From: Macrostomum lignano
Taxonomy: Eukaryota
Reading direction: 5' to 3'
Length of the DNA: 64,000 nucleotides
Assembly: GCA_002269645.1 (NCBI GenBank)
Contig: NIVC01003740.1
Location: 15,616-79,615 of the forward strand
Position numbers and translations under genes: made by a program. This document shows, in pieces, positions 38,214 to 50,200 of the stretch (its first letter is position 1; each line of letters starts with the position of its first letter). Under the pieces are notes generated by a model. It was not told the origin of the DNA, searched no databases, and worked only from the letters and a program-made list of their open reading frames with translations.

Positions 38214-41200
38214 ATGGCTGGACAGGGACAGGCTGGTAACTCTGGAATGGAACAGCTTATTTTGATAATGAATAAGCTGCAAGATGCTTGTTCTTCATCT
38301 GGAACTGCCCACAAATTTGATTTGCCACAAATAGCTGTTGTTGGAAGTCAAAGTGCTGGAAAAAGCAGTGTTTTGGAAAACTTTGTTGGAAAGTAAGTAT
38401 ATTATAATGAGTTAATTATGATTTTATGAGCTATGGTAATTATTAATGGTTTTTATAACTAAATCAAATCAAATAAAAGAATACTCATTTTAGAAACAAC
38501 CATTTTAAATAGTGATGAACTGAATGTAGATTTTTGCAAGTTTTTAAAACCAAATCCAAATGTGTTTCCAAATGTAAAAAAAGTGAAAAGTAAATGGTGG
38601 GAGTAACTATGACACCTTTCATTGACAAAAACCTTATCATCTAATTAGTAATCATATTAGTATTGTACATTAGTTTACTAGCAAGATTCAATCTATCTTG
38701 GGCTTATACTATATCTATCTAGTATCTGAATTGAAGTGAACTTAGAATTGAACTTCATTCTTATATATCTAATCTAACTACTAATTCCAATTACTAATAC
38801 TAACTGACATTGCATTTGTGCAATTTGATGACTTTACCATGTACAGTTAATTGTTATTACTTATGTTTAATCAATTATATTTATAAATACTGATGCAATA
38901 ATAGATTTGAAACTAATTACCTATAATACAAAACTTTAATCTTTTTCAATGTATATGCCAATTTATTCACAATCATTACATCTATCAAATCTATCCCTAT
39001 CTGTTTATTAAAAAAACCATTGCTACTAGTAATGCTATGCAAAAATTAAGATAAATATGCAACAAGGCAAGGTATTTATTTTGTGTTAGGCTACTTGCTT
39101 GATATAGTAAATAAATATCTATAGGTCAAGCTATAATAAAAGCTAAAGCCAAAGGAATGATTATAATATAATACAATTCCAATATAGCATCTTTTAGCAT
39201 CTATTTCTCTAATTATTACCAATAGGAAATAAGTGAAATATATAGACCTAGGCTAGCCTAGTATCTATTATTATCTATTTAGACACTTAGAGCTATGACC
39301 ATTTTAGTATATAGCTATCTTGGTCATGCGCCATATAATTTAAGTTTGTTTAAAATGAAAATATTTGTAATACTTTAAAGACTTTTTGTTCAAAAACCTT
39401 TCTTAGAAAACTCAACTTCTGAAAAATGAATGGCCTTTTTAGAAAATTTTTTAGCATTTTAGGGATTTTTTGTTTTCGGCCTACAGTGGCATACATTTAG
39501 CAAAGATAAAATTCTTGTTCCAGCATATATTACTACATGATCTAGACCTTGGTATATTACCACACTATTGTCAAAAAGGTATCTAGTACATACCAGAGCT
39601 TTTTGGACAAAATTTTAGCTAGGTGAGGACCAAATATACCAAAAAATGAAAATGTGACCTTGTCAAAAATGCCAAAATTTCAAAATTATTCAACCTTACT
39701 TTTAGGCTGCAGTAATAAAAGAACTTTTTTATATTATAACAATTTTTAAATAGCCAATTTAGCAATAGACAATCTGGCAATAGTCAATCCAGCAACAAGG
39801 TATAAACCTATTAAATAGGCTATTTGACATTTAAATAGATTTGAGAGCTTTCATATGTAATATTATAATTATTACAATTAGCAGACTCAAAATCCATGGG
39901 TTTCAATAGCTTGTTTTCTTAATGATGACATTACTTTAAAAAAAGGGAAACTGTATTAAATTAATACATTATTTATTTTCAGTAAGAGATGCACACTAGT
40001 TTTATAATTAAATGCCAAACCACCTAGCAGTTATTTTCCACTTCATAGCTTAATAGAGATGTCAACTGGGAAGTTCCAACACAACCATCATGCATGTAAA
40101 AAATTCACAACACATTATTTAACATTTGACATAATACCCTAAATTATATCAGAAATAAAAATAGCCATAAATGTTTAATTTTCATTTGAAAAGATCCAAT
40201 ACTATCCTACTAAAATGAATTCTCTATATGTAAAATTCAAACCTACATGTAAAAAGTTTTGTTTGTATTTAAAATCCATATAAAATCTACAATACAAAAT
40301 CTGTTGCCAGATTGTCTATTGCTGCTTTGACTATTACCAGATTGTCTATTGCTAGATTGTCTTGTCCCTATATTGACTAGAAGCCCAACCATTAAGGATC
40401 TTTTTCCATTGTTACATTTGACATTTATATGTACATTTTAACAAAATAGGTGGCATGTCTATTACTCCTTTATAACAACTTATAATCATGAAGGTACAGT
40501 ACCTAAATTCTTTAGAATAGCACTATCACTTTCCATTATTCTATATATATTACTCAGACTCACACTATCAAAGTCACCTTTTAATTAAGCACTACCTTTT
40601 GTTATAGAAACTAAAGCTACTTAACAAGTACAAGTACCTATTTTCAAATAGCTTTGTAAACCACTTTTTGTAAACCAAATACAACTTTTTAAGATTCAAA
40701 CATACTAAATATGCATATTAATGAACTATGAAGGGAAGGGCTAATGCATGCCAGAAAATTCTGGCATATAGGACACCTTTGTAATTATAGCTGCCAAATT
40801 AGCTAGATATAGTTGTAAAAGTGTCTAAGCCTTAGTCAATTTGCCTGCATCCAATTCAGCTGCTTCTAGTTTGTCTATAAAATAGTTTAATGAGCATTTT
40901 GTTTATATGCTACCTTTTTGTCTATGTTTATAGACAGTATAAAATATACGAGACAACATTAAACAACTTTTCCTAATTGCACTAGCAATCTATAGTCTAG
41001 ATCATGGTAGGTATTTGCTAGAAAGAAAACTAGTTTTTTGATTATATGCCAATATAAATAAAAAATTATACAAAAGGTAAAGTTGCTTATACACAAACTT
41101 TTTTAGAAAAATATTTGCAAATAGCATGTTTTTTGAATATTTAATCCCTTTAGCATCAAGCAATTTCTTAGTCACATTGCATGTACTGTCACGGAAAAAT

Positions 41201-44200
41201 TTCTGATTGAACAGTGCAAGTTTAAAGAAAATTGGTTGAGTCATTTTTGCTAAAATCGATCACACACATACCTACCTACCTACCTACTGACAGACCATTT
41301 TTAGTATATGGAAGTTTTCATTTTTAGTATATCTGAACTATTTCAACAAAAAATAGTTTAACTAAACTTTAAAGCATTTGTTTTTAACTAGAAACTATTA
41401 ATATTTGCTTCCATTTATTTTTAAAAGAGCTTTCTCTAATTGATATTTAATTACACAATATATGCTAAGCTTAAACTTTGGTTTTTTGTATGTCAACTGT
41501 CATACATGCGCAACCTCCAAAATTCAGTCGGCCGTGCAACTAAGTTTTAACAAAAATGCGACGTAGTTTTTGGCCAAAAATGCGACTTACATGTGAAAAA
41601 ACCCTAAAGCAAAATTAACGCAACTTTGGGTAAACGGCAGGAGTAACTATAACTGTCTTATTAAGTCAAAATGCCTCGTCAGCTACTTAGTACTACTATT
41701 AGGGTTTTTTGGGTGGCCATTTTTGCGACTTCCTTGGTTGGCCGCCAAATCGGTCGGCCGGATCGGCCGACTGTTGCGCATGTATGTCAACTGTATATAC
41801 TAGTGTTACCTGAAAATTCTATATGCTAAATGTTCACCAAGATTCTCAACAAGGGCAAAAATATATTGAATTTTTTGGCATAAAGGCTACCTTCTGGACT
41901 ATGGTAGACAATTAGTATTTTAATTAGTACAAGCATATATCTTTACATACAACATAGGCATTGTGTTTAGCATTTACATGCATATGAAAAAGATTAGAAA
42001 TAAACTATGCATTATTTAAGAGCAATAAAATTCAATAATTCAGAATATATGTATTTTAAAATATGGCCTATTTGTCATTATTATATCAAAAATAGTAATC
42101 TTTTTGTTTTATTTGGAAAACAAACTATATATCTATACAATTAAGTATAGTTATATAGCCAATAAAGGAGAAAAAATTTTTATTATTACATACCATGTGA
42201 TTAATAGTGTATATATATACATAGAGTATGATCTAGACAAATTGCCTATTATTATTTTGTCCATTGGTCATTTCATTTGCCTGTAGCTGAATTGGTAAGT
42301 AGATAGATTGATTAGGATCCATTATGGATAGTTTATATAAATCGTATATCACACAGATGAGAAAATCAATCCGGGTGTCTATATACTTAAACATGTTTTA
42401 AATCTTCAATTCCAAGTTTAGTGTTTCTAAGTTTCTTAAGTTTAAGTTGCATAAAAGCTCAATTATACTATTTAGCCTTAAGTCAATTAGTCAAAGAATA
42501 TCAAATAATCAAAATAATGTTTAGCTAACTATGAAAAACATTTTTAAATATTAGTATGATACCTGCATCTAGAATCAAAATTTTCCTGCATACTTTCATG
42601 CTCAACAGAGTATTGTATCTATTTTTTAGATTTTTTCCAATAGAGACCAAAAGCACTTATTATGTTTAGTTCATAGTAGAGGTTAGACATGATTGCAGTT
42701 GTGATCACAATTTTGTGAATTCATGACCATTTTTTACAATTGTGGTTGTGGTTTGCTTTAGCAGGTTTATGAGATAGTGATTTATTTACTTGCTTTTTTA
42801 TCTTTTTAACTCATTTTATAAGTTTTGTTATTGATTTTATACATTCAAGTTTCATTAACAATATAATTGCCATTACTTGTTTTAGATACCTTAGGCTTAG
42901 TAGTTGTAGTTAATGACTCAAACAATAATAAAAAGTATACTAAATGATATCACAGTCACAATCAACATCATGCCTAGATGCAAAATTCATGAAATTTCAC
43001 TTCCAACTAAATATTTCATGCTTGTCTAACCTCTAGTTCCAAGTCAATTTGTCTGCTGCCAATTTGGTTCTTTTTGGTTTTAACTTTGTTAGTATAATAT
43101 TAATGGCCAAATTTGTAAAATTGGTCTGCATCTAGTCTTTCTTGTCTAAGATGTTTTTTTCCTAACTTTAGTAAAATTTGGGCACTTAGTCACAATCTAC
43201 CATATAATCTATACATGTCTTGTGTAAATTATTTTGGTATGCATTTACATTTTAGTTTTGTCATGGTTTCTATAAGGCATTTATTTCTATGGATGCTGAG
43301 ATAGTAAAGATGTAGTTTTGGTCTGCATATTCTTTTGCCCATAGACAAAATTCCTACCAAGATTTGCCCACAGTGCATTTTGCCTTATTAGGCATACCCC
43401 ACCATGCTTCTAAAAGAGCCAGGCAACCTAGTTTATGGGATCCAAAGCTTTTTAGAAATCTATGAGGAGCATGGACAATTTACATAGCTCTTTGTGAGAC
43501 TCTGGTGTCAATGATAGCTCATATACCAGATTACAGAAACTTGTTTTGCCATTGACCATCTGGGTTGGAAGCCACTCTGGGTTTTGAGAAGCCGCTCGTT
43601 GATAATGGGCTAAATGCAGTTGCAAAGAATGGTGTTAGGGACTCTAGCCAGAGTGCACTCTAGGGCAGGGGTTTGCAAACTTCTTACCTTAAAGGGCAAG
43701 ATAAAAAATCTAGCTTTTAGCTCATGGATATAGGCCAGATGAGAGTGGAAAGGAGAGGAAATGGGGAGAGAGATGAGAAATGACGAAAGAGAGAGGAGGT
43801 GAGAGGCAATATGAGAGAGGCCATGAGAGAAGAGATGAGTGAGAAGAAAGGAGAGAAGATGAGAGGAGAGGTTGAGAGGAGTAGAGAGAAGAATAGAGAT
43901 GAGAGGAGAGCAGGAGAGATAACTGAGAAGAGACTAACCTTGAGCTGGCTAGATTGCCATTCTTAAGTGTCCAAGGACCCAAGGGCCAGATAGAGGGGCT
44001 TTGCAGGGCACATGAACTCGTATGGCCCATGGGCTAAGTTTGCCCATCCCTGCTCTAGGGCAATGCACACAGGTTGTCAAGGCCACAAGAGTTGCTCTTT
44101 TTGGGAATGTCCATGAACTTAGGAGTTTTCCATTGCTCTGAGGCACCAAAATTCTATAGTATTTCAACTTTAAATAAATTATCTCTTGACCAATTTTTGT

Positions 44201-47200
44201 AGCCTCTATAGTATTGAGCTTATAGTATTATATTAACTTATTCTAGTTGTTTTCAAAAGTGACACTCACACTGTATAGCTTGATTTATAATTTGTTTGAC
44301 CAATAATATTTTCAAACAAAAATATTGATAGAGCCAAATGCTCCTACCATTATATTAAAGTACCTAAAAATAAGTAATAAATATAATATGCTCGTAAAGA
44401 TTTTTAGCTATCCTCTCCACAAAAATTTTACCTAAAACAATCAATACAAATTTTAGAGACTTTCTGCCTCGTGGTTCCGGCATTGTCACCAGGCGCCCGC
44501 TGATACTCCAGTTGTTGTACAATCCATCGGGTAGGAAGGCCTTTTTGACACAATAATTCAATAGTTAGTTACTGCTACTGTTCCTTGACCTCTTACTGTT
44601 AGCAATCTAAGAGTTGCCCACATATTCCAAACCTCCCCTGACCCCATTGCCCTATTCAAGACCTTCCCTGACCCCACCACCATCTTCAAGACATTCCCTG
44701 ACCCCACCACCATCTTCAAGACATTCCCTGACCCCACCACCATCTTCAAGACATTCCCTGACTCCACCACCATCTTCAAGACCTTCCCTGACTCCACCAC
44801 CATCTTCAAGACCTTCACTGGCTCCACCACCATCTTCAAGACCTTCCCTGACTCCACCACCATCTTCAAGACCTTCACTGACCCCACCACCATCTTCAAG
44901 ACCTTCACTGACCCCACTGCCATCTCGAACACCCGCCCTGACCCCACTGCCATCTCCAACACCCGCCCTGACCCCACTGCCGTCTCCAACACCCGCCCTG
45001 ACCCCACTGCCGTCTCCAACACCCGCCCTGACCCCACTGCCGTCTCCAACACCCGCCCTGACCCCACTGCCATCTCCAACACCCGCCCTGACCCCACTGC
45101 CATCTCCAACACCCGCCCTGACCCCACTGCCATCTCCAACACCCGCCCTGACCCCACTGCCATCTCCAACACCCGCCCTGACCCCACTGCCATCTCCAAC
45201 ACCCGCCCTGACCCCACTGCCATCTCCAACACCCGCCCTGACCCCACTGCCATCTCCAACACCCGCCCTGACCCCACTGCCATCTCCAACACCCGCCCTG
45301 ACCCCACTGCCATCTCCAACACCCGCCCTGACCCCCCAACACCCGCCCTGACCCCACTGCCATCTCCAACACCCGCCCTGACTCCGCTGCGTTGGCAGCC
45401 GAGTACGCCGAGTTCGGGCACCAGCGCGGCCGGAAGTACACCAACTTCGAGGAGGTCCGCCAGGAGATCGAAGCGGAGACGGACCGGCTCACGGGCCGCA
45501 ACAAGGGCATCTCCAATGTGCCAATCATGCTGCGCGTGTTCAGCCCGCACGTGCTCAATTTGACCTTAGTTGACCTGCCCGGCATGACCAAAGTGGCTGT
45601 TGGCGACCAGCCGCCCGATATCGAGGTGCAAATCCGCAACATGCTTCTGGAGTTCATCACCAAGGAGAACTGCCTGATTCTGGCCGTCAGCCCGGCCAAC
45701 TCGGACCTAGCCAACTCCGATGCGCTCAAACTTGCCAAAGAGGTTGCCGATTGTTTTTGCGTGCAAATATCGGCGCCATATTCATTTTGCAGGTGCGGAG
45801 TTATATTAATCTGCTACTGTTCGCTCCCGCCAGGTGGACCCCGCCGGCACCCGCACCATCGGCGTCATCACCAAGCTGGACCTCATGGACCAGGGCACCG
45901 ACGCCAGGGAGGTTCTGGAGAACAAGCTGCTGCCGCTTCGCCGCGGCTACATCGGCGTGGTCAACCGATCCCAGAAGGACATCGAAGGTGAGACTGCTCA
46001 CTGCTCAGACTCTACTCCACTGACTGCTCAGACTCTACTCCACTGACTGCTCAGACTCTACTCCACTGACTGCTCAGACTCTACTCCACTGACTGCTCAG
46101 ACTCTACTCCACTGACTGCTCAGACTCTAATTCACCCTATAATGCCCATAGACCTCATCTACACAGCTCCCTGCTCCCCTCTGAAACGTCACCCCAGGCC
46201 GCAAAGACATCAAGGCAGCCATGGCGGCGGAGCGGAAGTTCTTCCTGTCGCACCCGTCCTACAGGCACATGGCGGAGCGCATGGGCACCCCGTACCTGCA
46301 GCGCTGCCTTAACCAGCAGCTCACCAACCACATCCGGGAGACGCTGCCCTCCCTGCGCAGCGAGCTGCAGACCAAACTGCTAGCCATGGAGAAGGACTAC
46401 CAGGCCTACGCCAATTTTAGTCCCGACGATCCCAGCATCAAGACCAAGGCGATGATGACGTAAGCCGCCGTTTGCCAGCTGTCTGGGGTTTTTCCGCTGG
46501 GCTGCCCGCGATCATCTTTCATCCATTCCTATAGGAGGTTGTGGGGGGTTTCCATCGAGCTGATGCACTCATTCCAAGGGGGGTTAAATGTGGGGGGTTT
46601 CCATTGAGGAAATGCTTAGGCGATCGCATGAAGCAAGCCAAAGTGGCCATCTTGCAGGATGATCAACCAGTTCACTGACGAGTTCACCCAGTCCATCGAA
46701 GGCTCCGGCGAAGTCAGCACCAAGGAGCTGTCCGGCGGAGCCAGAATCAATCGCATCTTTCACGAGAGATTCATGTACATGCTGCATCAGGTAAGATAAT
46801 TAGCAGTGCGTGCATACTGAGCTGTCACCTTGTCAAGTGCTTTATTCAATTTTATAACTTGAGCCCGTCTTAAGCTGAGCCTAAGCTGTCCGATATTTAA
46901 TTTACCAGTGCTAGAGTACAAAGATTTTATCGCTACATATCGGATTCTTCCAGTGCTAGAGTACAAAGATTTTATCGCTACATATCGGATTCTTCCAGTG
47001 CTGGAGTACAAAGATTTTATCGCTACATATCGGATTCTTCCAGTGCTGGAGTACAAAGATTTTATCGCTACATATCGGATTCTTCCAGTGCTAGAGTACA
47101 AAGATTTTATCGCTACATATCGGATTCTTCCAGTGCTGGAGTACAAAGATTTTATCGCTACATATCGGATTCTTCCAGTGCTGGAGTACAAAGATTTTAT

Positions 47201-50200
47201 CGCTACATGTCGGATTCTTCCAGTGCTGGAGTACAAAGATTTTATCGCTACATGTCGGATTCTTCCAGTGCTGGAGTACAAAGATTTTATCGCTACATGT
47301 CGGATTCTTCCAGTGCTGGAGTACAAAGATTTTATCGCTACATATCGGATTCTTCCTAAAATGTGTTTAGTAAACTGACAAAGTAAATATTTTTATAGCC
47401 AGAATAGTATAAGAAGAATTTATTAGAGATTTTATCAAAGGGCACTGGGCCAGAATAGAAGCAGAGGTCACTGAGCCAGAATAGAAGCAGAGGGCACTGA
47501 GCCAGAATAGAAGCAGAGGGCACTGAGCCAGAATAGAAGCAGAGGGCACTGAGCCAGAATAGAAGCAGAGGACACCGAGCCAGAATAGAAGCAGAGGGCA
47601 CTGAGCCAGAATAGAAGCAGAGGGCACTGAGCCAGAATAGAAGCAGAGGGCACTGAGCCAGAATAGAAGCAGAGGGCACTGAGCCAGAATAGAAGCAGAG
47701 GGCACTGAGCCAGAATAGAAGCAGAGGGCACTGAGCCAGAATAGAAGCAGAGGGCACTGAGCCAGAATAGAAGCAGAGGGCACTGAGCCAGAATAGAAGC
47801 AGAGGGCACTGAGCCAGAATAGAAGCAGAGGGCACTGAGCCAGAATAGAAGCAGAGGACACTGAGCCAGAATAGAAGCAGAGGGCACTGAGCCAGAATAG
47901 AAGCAGACGGCACTGAACACTTAACCGCTGCGGGAAAGCTCACAAATAAGTAATTTAATCCGCACAGCATGCCACTAACTCATTCTATTGTCACTTTAAA
48001 GCGTTTCGAAACTCATTTCTAGGCATCCCTGTTTGTAGGACTTCATGCTAAGCAGAGAGTGCGTTTTTATACAGTGCACTGATCCAAAAGAACTCTGCTT
48101 TTAATGCTTTGCATTGCCACCCATTCCAATGTAGCGTGTAAACAAATATTTCTAATACAGAAACTAACAGATTGTGTTTCAATTGTTCTTGAATTTTAAT
48201 CATTAGCCGTATCTAACTGCCCGTAGTTCACTGCAATTTACGGTGCGGCACTATTGGATAAAAAATGTAGCAGTGCTGTTGGATTGCTTATCCCCTGCTC
48301 TTTTCCTAGCTTTGTTCTGACACCATCTCAGCCACATAGGGTGATGTACAGCATCGAGACATTGCCTGGGTAGTCAGACAATTGGGCAAACACTGAGACA
48401 AACAATTAAAAACACTGAGACAAACAATTGGACAGACACTGAGACAAACAATTGGGCAGACACTGAGACAAACAATTGGGCAGACACTGAGACAGACAAT
48501 TGGGCAGACACTGAGACAAACAATTGGGCAGACACTGAGACAGACAATTGGGCAGACACTGAGACAAACAATTGGGCAGACACTGAGACAGACAATTGGG
48601 CAGACACTGAGACAGACAATTGGGCAGACACTGAGACAGACAATTGGGCAGACACTGAGACAAACAATTGGGCAGACACTGAGACAGACAATTGGGCAGA
48701 CACTGAGACAGACAATTGGGCAGACACTGAGACAGACAATTGGGCAGACACTGAGACAAACAATTGGGCAGACACTGAGACAGACAGGCAGACACTGAGA
48801 CAAACAATTGGGCAGACACTGAGACAAACAATTGGACAGACACTGAGACAAACATAAAAACACAAAAGGACAAACACAAAGATGCACTTGTAGACACTTA
48901 CGCAGACACCAACACAAAACGACAGATAGACGAACAAATAGAGACAAAGACAGGCAGAAATAGTTCTGTCTCAGAGGCTGTTCTCACGCCATTAATGCAC
49001 GCACAAATCGATTTTTGCAATCTTGAGTAGAAGTGGATTTCCAGCCGCACAGTCAAAATGGCCTCAACTTCGCTCCACTGCAGACCGAATCCGATGAGCG
49101 CGAGCTGCGCAAGGAGATCAGCTACACTATTCGCAATGTGCACGGCATCAGGTAGGAGCTCTGCTCTTCATCTGGTAACGGGTGTTTAGTGCCGGAGTCC
49201 TCTAAATCTATAATGGGATCCTTTTACTGTTTCCTTATTGCTTTCCGCACTAAAATCTAGAATCCATTCGAAACATTCCATCTTCCCGTGACTAACATCC
49301 CATTTCCCATGTTGAGAATCTCATTTCCTATATTGAGAATCCCATTTCCCATGTTGAGAATACATTTCCCATGTTGAGAGTCCCATTTCCCATGTTGAGT
49401 GTCCCGTTTCCCATGTTAAGAGTCTCATTTCCCATGTTGAGAGTCCCATTTCCCATGTTGAGAGTCTCATTTCCCATGTTGAGAGTCTCATTTCCCATGT
49501 TAAGAGTCTCATTTCCCATGTTGAGAGTCCCATTTCCCATATTGAGAGTCCCCTTTCCCATGCAGAAAATCCCACACTGGGTGCACCCGATCCCCGCAGG
49601 ACCGGCCTGTTCACTCCCGACATGGCATTCGAGCGCATCGTCAAGCAGCAGATCATGCGGCTGAAAGAGCCGACGCTGAAATGCGTGGACATGGTGATCG
49701 AGGAGCTCATCAACGTGGTGCACAAGTGCACGCAGCAGATGGCCAGCTACCCCAGGCTGCGCGAGGCCGTGGAGACCACCGTCACCAACCGGATCCGGGA
49801 GCAGGAGACCCGGGCCAAGACCCAGCTGATGCTGCTGGTGGACATCCAGCTGGCGTACATGAACACCAATCACGAGGACTTTATCGGCTTCGCCAAGTGA
49901 GTCTCGGGTTGCGTGGCCCGGATGCGAACACAATTCCCATTGCCGAATCAGTCATTGCGAATCTCACTTTTACCTTCAGCGCCCAGCAACGGACTGAGAG
50001 CACCAGGAAGGAGCGAGTGGCGAACCAGGTGCGGCAGCTTATGCTGGGGGTTGGGATAATAAAGCTGGGGGATTCGGTTCGGGGCAGTGTTGGCACCACT
50101 GCGATTTTTTATCGCTCAGCGATTTTTTATCGCTCAGCGATTTTTAATCGCTCAGCGATAATTTTGTCTGTTTTGCTCATTTCCTGCGATTTTTTGTGGA

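Noticed and set aside
45790-45833. Alternative upstream acceptor in dynamin intron 3
   Set aside because: It would add 41 nt and shift the frame within the GTPase domain.
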